From Candidatus Shapirobacteria bacterium (lineage in GTDB: Bacteria; Patescibacteriota; Microgenomatia; UBA12405; JAUWLS01), in assembly GCA_030613565.1 (NCBI GenBank), contig JAUWLS010000003.1, positions 1 to 63,841 on the forward strand: 63,841 nt of DNA, written 5' to 3'. Below are positions 48,319-56,698 of this stretch, piece after piece (the stretch's first letter is position 1; every line of letters begins with the position of its first letter). The notes under the pieces were generated by a model. The model saw only the letters and a program-made list of their open reading frames with translations. It was not told the origin of the DNA and searched no databases. The translations under genes were made by a program, and so were the position numbers.

Positions 48319-48377
48319 AAAACAAAAACCTCCCTTACTGGGAGGTCCAAAAAAAGTCTTCCGCCTCCCGGAGTTTA
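48319..48377 (-). promoter_or_regulatory. leuS attenuator: antiterminator and terminator/SD-sequestering hairpin
   Basis: ACCTCCC-AGTAA-GGGAGGT-TTTTGTTTT immediately before the leuS ATG; a competing GGGAGG lies at 48369-48364. Confidence 0.8.
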
Positions 48378-48410
48378 TCTCAAAAGAAGTAAAAGGCTCT
48401 TATAAAACAT
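48375..48410 (-). CDS. Poly-Leu leader peptide MFYKSLLLLLR
   Basis: ATG TTT TAT AAG AGC CTT TTA CTT CTT TTG AGA TAA; extended -10 TGGTATAAA 6 nt upstream. Confidence 0.8.
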   Translation of the reverse strand: MFYKSLLLLLR

Positions 48411-48518
48411 CCCCTATTTATACCATCCTGACACAAAAATTACCACTTCCGTACGGTCACACTTTGCTATAACAGCATTCTCATCAAAATAAATACTTAT
48501 CTCTATTCCCTCTTTCTC

Positions 48519-48878
48519 CTACCTCCTTCCTCTTGCTACCCGAACCTGCCTAACCCTTGCAGACCTAATCTCCGGACCGCAACCCACACCTTCCTGAACT
48601 ACATGAGCTGTTTGATCATAACCACTCTCTACTTGAACGTCCACTCCCCCGGAAGGAGAAATACTACTAATCCTCAAAACTCTCTGGCCTAGACCGATTT
48701 TACCAACATCACCACCAACTAGAGCAGAAACATTGCAACCTAAATTCCTAGTAGTAAAATCACAACTCCTCCTTTCTCTTCCGCACCCATCAACCACTGG
48801 ACCACTTAAGATGGCTCGATGCCTAACTCCACCCCCCTCTCTCCTTGGAAGATAGCTTATTGTAATTCCACCATTCAT
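48519..48878 (-). CDS. Hypothetical protein
   Basis: TAGAAT 7 nt before the ATG; - strand codon style; no motif. Confidence 0.45.
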   Translation of the reverse strand: MNGGITISYLPRREGGGVRHRAILSGPVVDGCGRERRSCDFTTRNLGCNVSALVGGDVGKIGLGQRVLRISSISPSGGVDVQVESGYDQTAHVVQEGVGCGPEIRSARVRQVRVARGRR

Positions 48879-48956
48879 ATCTCTTATTCTACCAGAACTA
48901 CCACCTTTTAATCATAACCACTTGCTCCCCCCAAAAAAAAGACCTATACTCTCTAT

Positions 48957-49292
48957 ATGGAATCAAAATCTGACTCCGGCTTTGCAAACATTCCCAACAT
49001 CCTCATGCTTGCTCTTCTTCTCGCTGGACTAGGTATTACCCTTAGAGCCACCACTCTCCGTACCGTTACTCAGCAACAAGCCGCCAAATACTCTCCTCGT
49101 GGCTACTGCTCTGATACCAAAACCCTTGTTGTCACCCAAAATGGACAAATCAACGAAGAATCTTGTTCCTATCTCTGCCAAGAAGGTGACTGCTGTGGTG
49201 GAATTGACCAACCCTGCTGTCCAGATCCCGAACTCTCCCCTATCTGTGACCAGAAAATGACCTGTCTAAACGACGTCTGTAAACCCAACTAA
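48957..49292 (+). CDS. Small Cys-rich exported protein with prepilin-like N-terminus
   Basis: KSDSGF followed by a hydrophobic helix; 10 Cys in the C-terminal ~60 aa; TATACT 6 nt before the ATG. Confidence 0.65.
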   Translation: MESKSDSGFANIPNILMLALLLAGLGITLRATTLRTVTQQQAAKYSPRGYCSDTKTLVVTQNGQINEESCSYLCQEGDCCGGIDQPCCPDPELSPICDQKMTCLNDVCKPN

Positions 49293-50176
49293 TCCAATAC
49301 AAACCCAATCTCTCCCTCTTTGTCCGTCCTTCTTATTTCAATCCCTCTTTCCTCTACTCTTCCCAAAACCTCCTCATTTGGATGACTGTATCCATTTCCT
49401 GCTCCTACTGAGAAAATAACCACTCCTGGCTTCACCCTATCCAGTAGTTCAGCCGATGTACTCGTCTTTGACCCATGATGCCCTGCTTTTAAGATATCCA
49501 CCTCTTCATTCAAAATTTCCCTCCACACCAACCTCTGCTCTACTTTTACCGGAGCATCTCCCATCAATAGAATCTTCTTCTCTCCCACCTCCAACATCAT
49601 TACTAACGATCCTTCATTTGCATCCTCCCATTCTCCCCCTTTCTCTGGTGCCAAAACCTCAATTTCTACTTCCCCAAACCCTATTTTCTCTCCCTCACTC
49701 AAAACACTAGACCACACTTCCTCTTCTCCCACTATTCTTTTCACTTCCTTCCAGGCCAAACTCTCCCCTTCTGCTCCATTTGAAAAAAACTTCTCTACTT
49801 CATACCTATCAAGTACTGAAACCAGCCCTCCTACATGATCCAGATCTGGATGTGTTGCTATTACTACCTCAACTTTCCTGTCCCAAAATGCCATACTCCC
49901 TTCCAAACAATCTAATACCGGACTTTCTTTCCTGCCCATTACTACTCTTCTCGTCTCTTCTTCTAATTCAGCCACTCCTTCATACTCTTCAAAATCCCAA
50001 CTGTAAGGTCCTCCATCAATAAGCACTTGAACACTCCCCTTGCTAATTAAAATAGAATCTCCCTGTCCTACGTCACAAAATACTATTCTAGTTTTTCCAT
50101 CCGGAAACGTAACCACAAACAACCCTACTAAAAACAAAACTCCCAACAAAAGAACAATCCAGCTTCTCTTCTCCAC
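49289..50176 (-). CDS. ComEC-type metallo-beta-lactamase-fold domain (stand-alone)
   Basis: FCDVGQGDS, LIDGGP, THPDLDHVGG, N.GSLV, LMGDA, LKAGHHGSKTS, GYSHP. Confidence 0.9.
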   Translation of the reverse strand: MEKRSWIVLLLGVLFLVGLFVVTFPDGKTRIVFCDVGQGDSILISKGSVQVLIDGGPYSWDFEEYEGVAELEEETRRVVMGRKESPVLDCLEGSMAFWDRKVEVVIATHPDLDHVGGLVSVLDRYEVEKFFSNGAEGESLAWKEVKRIVGEEEVWSSVLSEGEKIGFGEVEIEVLAPEKGGEWEDANEGSLVMMLEVGEKKILLMGDAPVKVEQRLVWREILNEEVDILKAGHHGSKTSTSAELLDRVKPGVVIFSVGAGNGYSHPNEEVLGRVEERGIEIRRTDKEGEIGFVLD

Positions 50177-50257
50177 CCCTCATTCTACACAAATCCTCAA
50201 AATCCTGGTTCACCATATCTTCTTCCTCCAAAAACTGGATATTTATATCCCCAATTT

Positions 50258-50635
50258 CTAAGTACGACCTTTACTTCTTATCTTCCCCATTCCTACTAAC
50301 CAAGGTCGACACATAATGGGCGCATCAAGCCCTCTTCCAAAACTCTTATCATAAAAATAAGGATACTTGACCATCTCTGCCCGCTGACTAGGAAGTGTCA
50401 CTCTCAACCTGAAAGTGCAGCAACTCAAACCCAAGGATCTATCGAAAAACAATCTCTCACATTCCCTCGCTCCTTCTAAGTTTTCTACTCCACATCTTCG
50501 CACAGAAAGCACTGTTCCTCTCGCTCGCAATACATCTCTCCCAATAAAACCAACTTCTGGCAAAGTTCCTCCCGACACCTGAACCCCCTCCTTACCCAAA
50601 GCCTTACTCACTCCCGTCCCTCTTCTTCCAGTCAC
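50258..50635 (-). CDS. Hypothetical protein between the two comEC halves
   Basis: GTG start 5 nt after TGGTATAAT; no motif. Confidence 0.4.
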   Translation of the reverse strand: MTGRRGTGVSKALGKEGVQVSGGTLPEVGFIGRDVLRARGTVLSVRRCGVENLEGARECERLFFDRSLGLSCCTFRLRVTLPSQRAEMVKYPYFYDKSFGRGLDAPIMCRPWLVGMGKIRSKGRT

Positions 50636-50641
50636 AAAATA

Positions 50642-51892
50642 TTATACCATCTCCTTCTCCCTGTCTTTCCGCCCAACTATCCACCAACTCACTATTAAAT
50701 AGTACCCCACAACCATAAACCAGTTAACTTCTACTTCCATTGACAACCACTCCCAACTACCCAAAAAACTAACCACTTCCGAAAAGTACCAGGCCAATGG
50801 ATACACTCCCCACATTATCACCCTCCCTACTACCTCTCCCACTACTGGAACCAACCCTAGAACGCTCCCTACCATTCCTAATATTGTTATTGGTCCCACT
50901 ACCCCCATCACTACCATGTTCACTCCCACCCCCGCCCACTGAAGCTCAGAAAAATTAACTGCCAATATTGGCCAGACCATTAAAAACACCCACCACCCCA
51001 CCCTCAACTCTTGCCCCACTCCTTTCCCTTTTCCAGCCAACACCACCCCCATCATCGCCATCACACTCAACTGAAAAGAAACCTCTAATATCACTCCTGG
51101 ATTAAAAATCACCATCCCCACCACTGCCACCAAAAGTGCCCTCCCCACACTAAACTTTCTACCCACAACTTGTCCTAAAAACAAAACACTTGCCATTATC
51201 CCCGCCCGCACAACTGGACTATCAAACCCTGCTAAAAATGCATAAAACCATATCATTAGTAACCCTACTACCAGAGCAATTTTTCTACCCAACAATAAAC
51301 TTAAGCCCGTAACTACCGCTCCTGCGACCAAAGCCACATTGCTTCCACTAGCCACTACGATATGTAATGTTCCCGTCCTTTTTAGTCTCTCTAAAAACTC
51401 ACTGTCCATTCCTCCTCTCACTCCCAACACCATTCCCGATACCAAGTCCCCTTCTCTTTTAGGCAAACTCTTTTTGATTACTCCCAAAAGCTTATTCCTC
51501 ACTTTTCCCACTGCCTTATACCACCCACTTTCTCCAGTTCCTTCCATCTCTTCCCCCTCAACAAAACAACCCTCCCTACACTCTCCCTCTTCTTTCTCCA
51601 CTACCCTAAATCTTCCTACCACTCTCACACAATCTCCTGTCTCCAACCTTCTCCCTTCTGATAGATAAATCTTAAACCCACCCAACTCAAAACTTTGACC
51701 TCTCTTTTTAATCTCACTCTCCTCTCTCAAGCACCCTCTAATTTCAACTCTCTCTCCAATTCTATACTCTCTTCTAGACCCGTACCAATCTATAAACCTG
51801 TATATCAAAAGAGTAACTAGTATCACCCAAAAAAGATCTCTTTTCTTAAATCTCAATCTCATCTTTGATCTTTTCAAATACCTTATCTCCAA
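50642..51892 (-). CDS. comEC: ComEC/Rec2 membrane DNA-uptake channel (Competence domain)
   Basis: GMVLG, TGTLHIVVASGSNV, SPVVRAGIM, SFQLS. Confidence 0.9.
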   Translation of the reverse strand: MEIRYLKRSKMRLRFKKRDLFWVILVTLLIYRFIDWYGSRREYRIGERVEIRGCLREESEIKKRGQSFELGGFKIYLSEGRRLETGDCVRVVGRFRVVEKEEGECREGCFVEGEEMEGTGESGWYKAVGKVRNKLLGVIKKSLPKREGDLVSGMVLGVRGGMDSEFLERLKRTGTLHIVVASGSNVALVAGAVVTGLSLLLGRKIALVVGLLMIWFYAFLAGFDSPVVRAGIMASVLFLGQVVGRKFSVGRALLVAVVGMVIFNPGVILEVSFQLSVMAMMGVVLAGKGKGVGQELRVGWWVFLMVWPILAVNFSELQWAGVGVNMVVMGVVGPITILGMVGSVLGLVPVVGEVVGRVIMWGVYPLAWYFSEVVSFLGSWEWLSMEVEVNWFMVVGYYLIVSWWIVGRKDREKEMV

Positions 51893-52448
51893 TTCCTTTT
51901 ACCAACTTCAGTTCGTTTATATCCCTAAACTCACTATTTACCTCCCTGTATTCAACTATTCTTCCTGCCAAGCTTGGCCCTATCCCCACTAATTCCTCCA
52001 GTTCTTTACCACTGGCCGTATTCAAGTTAATCATCCCTCCCCCACTCTCTATTTCCCCATTATTATATATAGTATCCCCCAATACCTCTTTTTCCTCTTC
52101 CCCTTGCCGTACTATGTAAACCTTCTCTCCATCCCTTAATTTCCTTGCCCTATTTACATTCATCTCTACCCACTCCCTGTCAGCGTCTTTTGAAAGTCCT
52201 CCACACTCAACTAGTAAATCAATCACCCTGTCTCCACTCTCCATCATGTAAACTCCTGGCCACATCACTCCTCCTACAATTTCCACCACCAATTCTCCAC
52301 CCATCTCCTTGACCTCCTCTTCTTCCTCAATAACTACCACCTCCTCTTCCTTATACCTTCCTCTAAGGTTCAATCCTATCCCAACGACCAAAAGTACCAC
52401 CCCTAACCCTAAAAGAACTTCTCTCACCCCTATTCTTGTCTCTCCCAC
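51846..52448 (-). CDS. comEA: ComEA DNA receptor (SLBB and helix-hairpin-helix)
   Basis: VEIVGGVMWPGVY, GGLSKDAD, NRARKLRDGEKVYI, INLNTAS..ELEEL.GIGP..A.RI.EYR. Confidence 0.92.
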   Translation of the reverse strand: MGETRIGVREVLLGLGVVLLVVGIGLNLRGRYKEEEVVVIEEEEEVKEMGGELVVEIVGGVMWPGVYMMESGDRVIDLLVECGGLSKDADREWVEMNVNRARKLRDGEKVYIVRQGEEEKEVLGDTIYNNGEIESGGGMINLNTASGKELEELVGIGPSLAGRIVEYREVNSEFRDINELKLVKGIGDKVFEKIKDEIEI

Positions 52449-52475
52449 AACTCAATCTAGCACGAACTGACTGTT

Positions 52476-52610
52476 AAAATTGATTTTTAAACTCCAAAAA
52501 ACTATAATTCAAGCATCACGAAGGGGAAAAGACTTCAAGGTTTCGTCCTTAAAGCAATACCTTTTTTTTGTTTTAAGATCTAAAACGACCTTTCCTCCAA
52601 ACAATCCAAT
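52476..52610. repeat. Repeat D1: promoter/hairpin unit and relic NYN 3' end
   Basis: 52476-52521 is 44/46 identical to 53586-53631. The minus strand then reads IGLFGGKVVLDLKTKK versus IELFKKKVRLDPKRKK at the NYN C-terminus. Confidence 0.8.
52515..52569 (+). ncRNA. Candidate small RNA, copy 1
   Basis: Follows TTGATT-N17-TATAAT (52480-52508); hairpin ACTTCAAGG-TTTCGT-CCTTAAAGC, then T8. Confidence 0.4.
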
Positions 52611-52638
52611 ATTCGCTAACTATAAGTCTACACCTACC

Positions 52639-53022
52639 TCATTTTCTCTCTTTTTGCACCAACTCCTTATCAAAACTCAATATTCCAAACCCACTTATCT
52701 TCGCCCACGAAAGCAAAAAACTATCTACGAAATGCAAGCCTTTTTTATACCACTTCCACAAAGCCAAAAGTGTCTTTCTCTCGTCTATTTTAAACCACCT
52801 CTGGCTCAAAAAACTTTCAAACACTCTTGCGATCTTTTCCCTATCTTGCCCATAAAAAGACTCTAACACAAAACAACATTCTGCTATCACCAAAGGACTT
52901 ATCGCCAACTTTCTCTTTCCTGCCTGAGCTTCCTTGAACCATTTTTTCGCCCTGTCTTTCTGTTTCTTGTCATCTCCCACCAAATACCTCAAAATCACAT
53001 TTGTATCCACTATTTCAGTCAT
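52639..53022 (-). CDS. vapC: PIN-domain (VapC) toxin
   Basis: IVDTNVILRYLVGDD, ISPLVIAECCFVL, LHFVDSFL, ILSFDKEL. Confidence 0.88.
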   Translation of the reverse strand: MTEIVDTNVILRYLVGDDKKQKDRAKKWFKEAQAGKRKLAISPLVIAECCFVLESFYGQDREKIARVFESFLSQRWFKIDERKTLLALWKWYKKGLHFVDSFLLSWAKISGFGILSFDKELVQKERK

Positions 53023-53260
53023 TTTTTGCCCATTTCTTACTAAATTCCAATCTAGCCTTCGTTAGTTCTTTATCACTAAGCTTAACATCTGATTTCAAAA
53101 AACCAGCCAAGCTCCAAAAATCCATCTTTGGCTCCACGATTATTTTATTCCCTCTTTTCTCTATCACTGCCTTGATTGAATCTCGCACCCCAAAAGCATC
53201 TCTTATTGATTTTGGGATAGTTAACTGTCCTGTACTAGTTATTGATACGATCTGTTGCAT
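53015..53260 (-). CDS. AbrB/MazE/SpoVT-family antitoxin
   Basis: VSITSTGQLTIPKSIRDAFG. Confidence 0.85.
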   Translation of the reverse strand: MQQIVSITSTGQLTIPKSIRDAFGVRDSIKAVIEKRGNKIIVEPKMDFWSLAGFLKSDVKLSDKELTKARLEFSKKWAKND

Positions 53261-53377
53261 AATAATATTATATACTTTAATGAAATCTTGTCAAATAATG
53301 CGTACTAAAAAACAATTATTTTTTCAATAAACTTACCTACCTCTCTTTCTTTTGAGTGTGGTAAAGCTAAAGGAATC

Positions 53378-53593
53378 ATGCTTAACACCATTGATGATCA
53401 TTCTCAATTCAAGTGGCCTTACTTCTATCAGGGAAACAATAGTCAGCGGTACAATTCCGGAAGAAAACATCTAGGATACAAGATGAATAAGCTTACTCCC
53501 CAGAGAAAGATTGAAGAGTGGATCATTAACAACAAAACATCAGACGAGTTTGTCCCGGAGGTAAACGAAACCCTGATACTCTGCAAAAATTGA
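53378..53593 (+). CDS. Small hypothetical ORF or gene fragment
   Basis: 71-codon ORF inside the accessory island; AAGGA before the ATG; no motif. Confidence 0.3.
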   Translation: MLNTIDDHSQFKWPYFYQGNNSQRYNSGRKHLGYKMNKLTPQRKIEEWIINNKTSDEFVPEVNETLILCKN

Positions 53594-53624
53594 TTTTTAA
53601 ACTCCAAAAAGCTATAATTCAAAC

Positions 53625-53681
53625 ATCACGATGAGGGGACTACCAAAGGGTTTTATCCCGAGGGAATGCCTCTCATTTTTT
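53625..53681 (+). ncRNA. Candidate small RNA, copy 2, antisense to the NYN stop region
   Basis: Follows TTGATT-N17-TATAAT (53590-53618); outer stem ATGAGGGG/CCTCTCAT, inner GGG-TTTTAT-CCC, then a T-tract. Confidence 0.45.
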
Positions 53682-54179
53682 ACGTTTAGGATCTAAGCGA
53701 ACCTTCTTCTTGAACAACTCTATCTTTACTATATGGGCACCAAACTTCCTCAAAAGGGAGGAATATTTTTTACTAGGCGCAATTATTTTCCCCAATTTTC
53801 CCTTCTTTTCTAAGTATTCAACTAAACAATGAAAGTCGCCATCACCTGACACAATAATAGCCTTGTCATATTTTTTGTACTCAATCATTGTGTGTAAAAC
53901 CAACTCTGCATCCACATTTCCTTTTACCATCACTTTTTTGCCTTTCTTGATCTTTAAAGTAGGTTTAAAAACACAGATATACCCTGATTTTTGAAGATAT
54001 GTATACAAACCCTCATTTCCCTCAAGATAGCCAATAAACAAAAAGGCCTCTTTCACTTTGTACTTGTCTCTTAAAAACTTGTAAAACCTTTCAAAATCTA
54101 ATACCCAACCCTGACTTCTCACTCCAAGATTCAGGTTTTGACTATCAATAAAAGCAAACACTCTTTTCTTCTTTCTCAT
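53673..54179 (-). CDS. NYN-domain (PIN-fold, LabA/DUF88-like) nuclease
   Basis: AFIDSQNL, KGNVDAELV, VSGDGDFHCLV. Confidence 0.9.
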   Translation of the reverse strand: MRKKKRVFAFIDSQNLNLGVRSQGWVLDFERFYKFLRDKYKVKEAFLFIGYLEGNEGLYTYLQKSGYICVFKPTLKIKKGKKVMVKGNVDAELVLHTMIEYKKYDKAIIVSGDGDFHCLVEYLEKKGKLGKIIAPSKKYSSLLRKFGAHIVKIELFKKKVRLDPKRKK

Positions 54180-54260
54180 ACTTAATAATACGAAGAAAAC
54201 CCGAAGATGTAAACACCTAACTGACTTGAACCTTTTCCTTTCTTCCTAGATACTGTTTGT

Positions 54261-54947
54261 ATGTCTATTCTTCTTTCTCTTTCCCTATTCTCAATCCTTT
54301 CTCTTTTTCTTTCTTACTCCCCGCTCTCCTATTTCATTCCCCAACTTATTGCCTTTCTTACCTTTCTCACCCTCGTCCTAAACTTTAAAAAACACGCCCC
54401 CCTCCTTGTCTCTTCCACCACTCTCGTCCTTATCACCACCATCACTTCTCTTCTCATCTTCTCCACTGGAGCCCTTGCCTCCCCTCTCTTCTTCCTCCTC
54501 TATTTCCTTCTCTTCTTCATTGCCTTTCTCTATCCTCCTCCTGTCACTCTTTCTTTCACCATCATTTACATCCTCCTTCTTTCTCCCTCTCTCACCTCCG
54601 AATCCTCTGTCCTCTCTCTTCTTTCTCTCCTTCTAGTCACCCCTTCTTCCATCTTCTTTTCAAAACAATACCTTAAACTTCTAAGTCAACAAAACAAAAT
54701 CCTCATCTTAAAAAAGAAACTAAAAAAAGAAGAAAAGTCTATTCAATCTACTGAAACTGACATCCTCCTCTGGACCTCTCTTAACTTAAAGTCTTCCCTT
54801 CAAAACGTCCTCGACTCTCTTTCCTCTCTCCTCCCCACTTCCACTCCCATCCAAAAACAAGAACTCAAAAAGTCCCAATCCATCATCCAAAAACTCCTCA
54901 AACAAAGTACTTCCCTTGCTAAAAAAATTGACCAAATCACCGACTAA
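54261..54947 (+). CDS. Membrane protein with HisKA(DHp)-like coiled coil lacking the phospho-His and ATPase domain
   Basis: About 5 TMs, then 'WTSLNLKSSLQNVLDSLSSLL' (compare SHELRTPL..I.G...LL) and a second helix; stops with no HATPase domain. Confidence 0.55.
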   Translation: MSILLSLSLFSILSLFLSYSPLSYFIPQLIAFLTFLTLVLNFKKHAPLLVSSTTLVLITTITSLLIFSTGALASPLFFLLYFLLFFIAFLYPPPVTLSFTIIYILLLSPSLTSESSVLSLLSLLLVTPSSIFFSKQYLKLLSQQNKILILKKKLKKEEKSIQSTETDILLWTSLNLKSSLQNVLDSLSSLLPTSTPIQKQELKKSQSIIQKLLKQSTSLAKKIDQITD

Positions 54948-54948
54948 C

Positions 54949-55680
54949 ATGTTTAAAAAAATTCTTTTTCTTCTGCCCCTACTTTCCCTCCTTCCTCTCT
55001 CCAAAACCCTTCTTGCTCAGTCTTTTTCTTCCGACTCCTACTACATTCAAATGGGCAACTTCAACATGACTGGTGGTAAAAAAGAATCAGCCAACTACAG
55101 CCTTACCGACACTGTTGGTCAAACCTTTCAAGGCCAGTTTGATTCTACTGGTTATATAGTTGAAGCTGGTTTCCAATATATCCACAACATCTACCCCTTT
55201 GCTTTCAGCATCTCTGACTTAAACATCGACTTTGGCACTCTCTCTCCAGGAGCCCTAACTACCGACCAAAATGTTCTCACTGTCAACTACTACGGTGCTG
55301 GAGGTTACCAAGTCCTAGCCTATGAGGCCCACCCCCTTCGCCAAACTCAAACCTCCACCGACATTACCGACACTACCTGTGACGACACCACCTGTACTCA
55401 AACCCTTTGTCGTCCCTGGACCTCCACCTCTATCTACGGCTTTGGTTTTAATGCCGCCGGAGACGATGTTGACACTTCTGCCTCTAAATTTTCAGACTCC
55501 ACCTACTTTTGTCAGTTTTCAAACAACGAAGCCAGTGAAACTCATCAACCCGTCATGAGCTCAAGTGATGTTGGAGTAAATCGTCAGGCCACTATCACCT
55601 ATCAGGCTAATGTCTCTACTCTTCAAGAAGCTGGTGACTACGCCACCTCCATTGTCTATTTAGCCATTCCCTCCTACTAA
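54949..55680 (+). CDS. Secreted protein with WxL-like C-terminal domain
   Basis: Signal peptide; FGTLS, GGYQV, W...GFG and AGDY..IVYLA.PSY motifs shared with 56699-58159. Confidence 0.65.
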   Translation: MFKKILFLLPLLSLLPLSKTLLAQSFSSDSYYIQMGNFNMTGGKKESANYSLTDTVGQTFQGQFDSTGYIVEAGFQYIHNIYPFAFSISDLNIDFGTLSPGALTTDQNVLTVNYYGAGGYQVLAYEAHPLRQTQTSTDITDTTCDDTTCTQTLCRPWTSTSIYGFGFNAAGDDVDTSASKFSDSTYFCQFSNNEASETHQPVMSSSDVGVNRQATITYQANVSTLQEAGDYATSIVYLAIPSY

Positions 55681-56642
55681 TGAACCCTAAACTCAAAAAC
55701 TCTCTTTTTCTACTTCTCTTAACTCTCTTAAAAACCCTCAACCCACTCCCTACTCTCGCCCAAGAGTTCTCTCTCAAAGTCTCTCCTCCTTTGGTTGAAA
55801 TCCTTGCCCAACCTGGAACCGCCATCACCCAGGCCTACCAAATCAAAAACAATTCTCAAAAAGACATTCTTCTTACTACCATTTTAAAACCCTTCACTGC
55901 CTCCCAAAAACCTGGCCTCCCTTCCTATGACGTTCAAACCAATCCCAACCTACCTCCCCCTGTCTTCTCTTTAGGCAACTCTGACTTGAAAATCGGCGAC
56001 TCCTTTACTATTCCTGCCCAGTCTCAACAACAAATTGTTTTAAAAATCCGCACTCCTCCTAAAAACCTTCTTTCCGACTACTACTACACCCTCTTTTTTG
56101 CCCAAGTCAGCAACCCTCAAAGCTCATCCCTCTCTTCAGGGCAAGTCGGAACCAATCTTTTAATTTCTGTTTCCCCTGATTCAAACCCTCCCCGCGACCC
56201 CCAAACTCTCTCTTTTACTGTTCATCCTAAGTTTGCCGACCTTTTCTTTAGCAAAGTAAAATTCCAAGCCCTCATAAAAAACCAAGGTAAGACTCTCTTA
56301 AAACCTTTTGGTCAAATCCGCATCCAAAGATCTTGGCCTCCTACCTCCCAAGATTATTCTCCTCTTCTTATCCGTCCCGATAACATTCTTGCCGATTCTT
56401 CCCGCCCCCTCTCCTGTCTTTATGAAAACGATGAAACTCGTACTACATGTCAAGTTGACTCCTATCTTCCTCCCGGTCAATACCAAGCAACTCTCTCCTA
56501 CTGCACCAATCCTGATCCTAATCAAAAAAACCGAAACTGCCAAGAAACTACCCTCTACTTTTATGTCTTCCCTTACCTTGCTCTCCTTCTTCTTTTCTTA
56601 CCTTTCCTCTACTACCTCTTTCAAAAGAACAAAAAGGCTTGA
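55680..56642 (+). CDS. DUF916/DUF3324-like Ig-fold protein with C-terminal TM anchor
   Basis: Signal peptide; VSPPLVEILAQPG...YQIKN; IKNQGKTLLKPFGQI; C-terminal TM and basic tail. Confidence 0.65.
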   Translation: MNPKLKNSLFLLLLTLLKTLNPLPTLAQEFSLKVSPPLVEILAQPGTAITQAYQIKNNSQKDILLTTILKPFTASQKPGLPSYDVQTNPNLPPPVFSLGNSDLKIGDSFTIPAQSQQQIVLKIRTPPKNLLSDYYYTLFFAQVSNPQSSSLSSGQVGTNLLISVSPDSNPPRDPQTLSFTVHPKFADLFFSKVKFQALIKNQGKTLLKPFGQIRIQRSWPPTSQDYSPLLIRPDNILADSSRPLSCLYENDETRTTCQVDSYLPPGQYQATLSYCTNPDPNQKNRNCQETTLYFYVFPYLALLLLFLPFLYYLFQKNKKA

Positions 56643-56698
56643 CTTTGATACTCAACTCATCACATACTAAGCCAAGCCATTTTTTGCTCGATTAAACC

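Noticed and set aside
48319-48470. T-box riboswitch upstream of leuS
   Set aside because: No T-box bulge (TGGNACC) or long stem I; the leader-peptide model fits better.
52536-52552. Hammerhead ribozyme (GGACGAAAC on the minus strand)
   Set aside because: No upstream CTGATGA core or three-way junction.
52463-54227. AACTGACT microhomology at both edges of the NYN/TA island as an att core
   Set aside because: Only 8 bp, so it could arise by chance; not supportable without an empty-site comparison.
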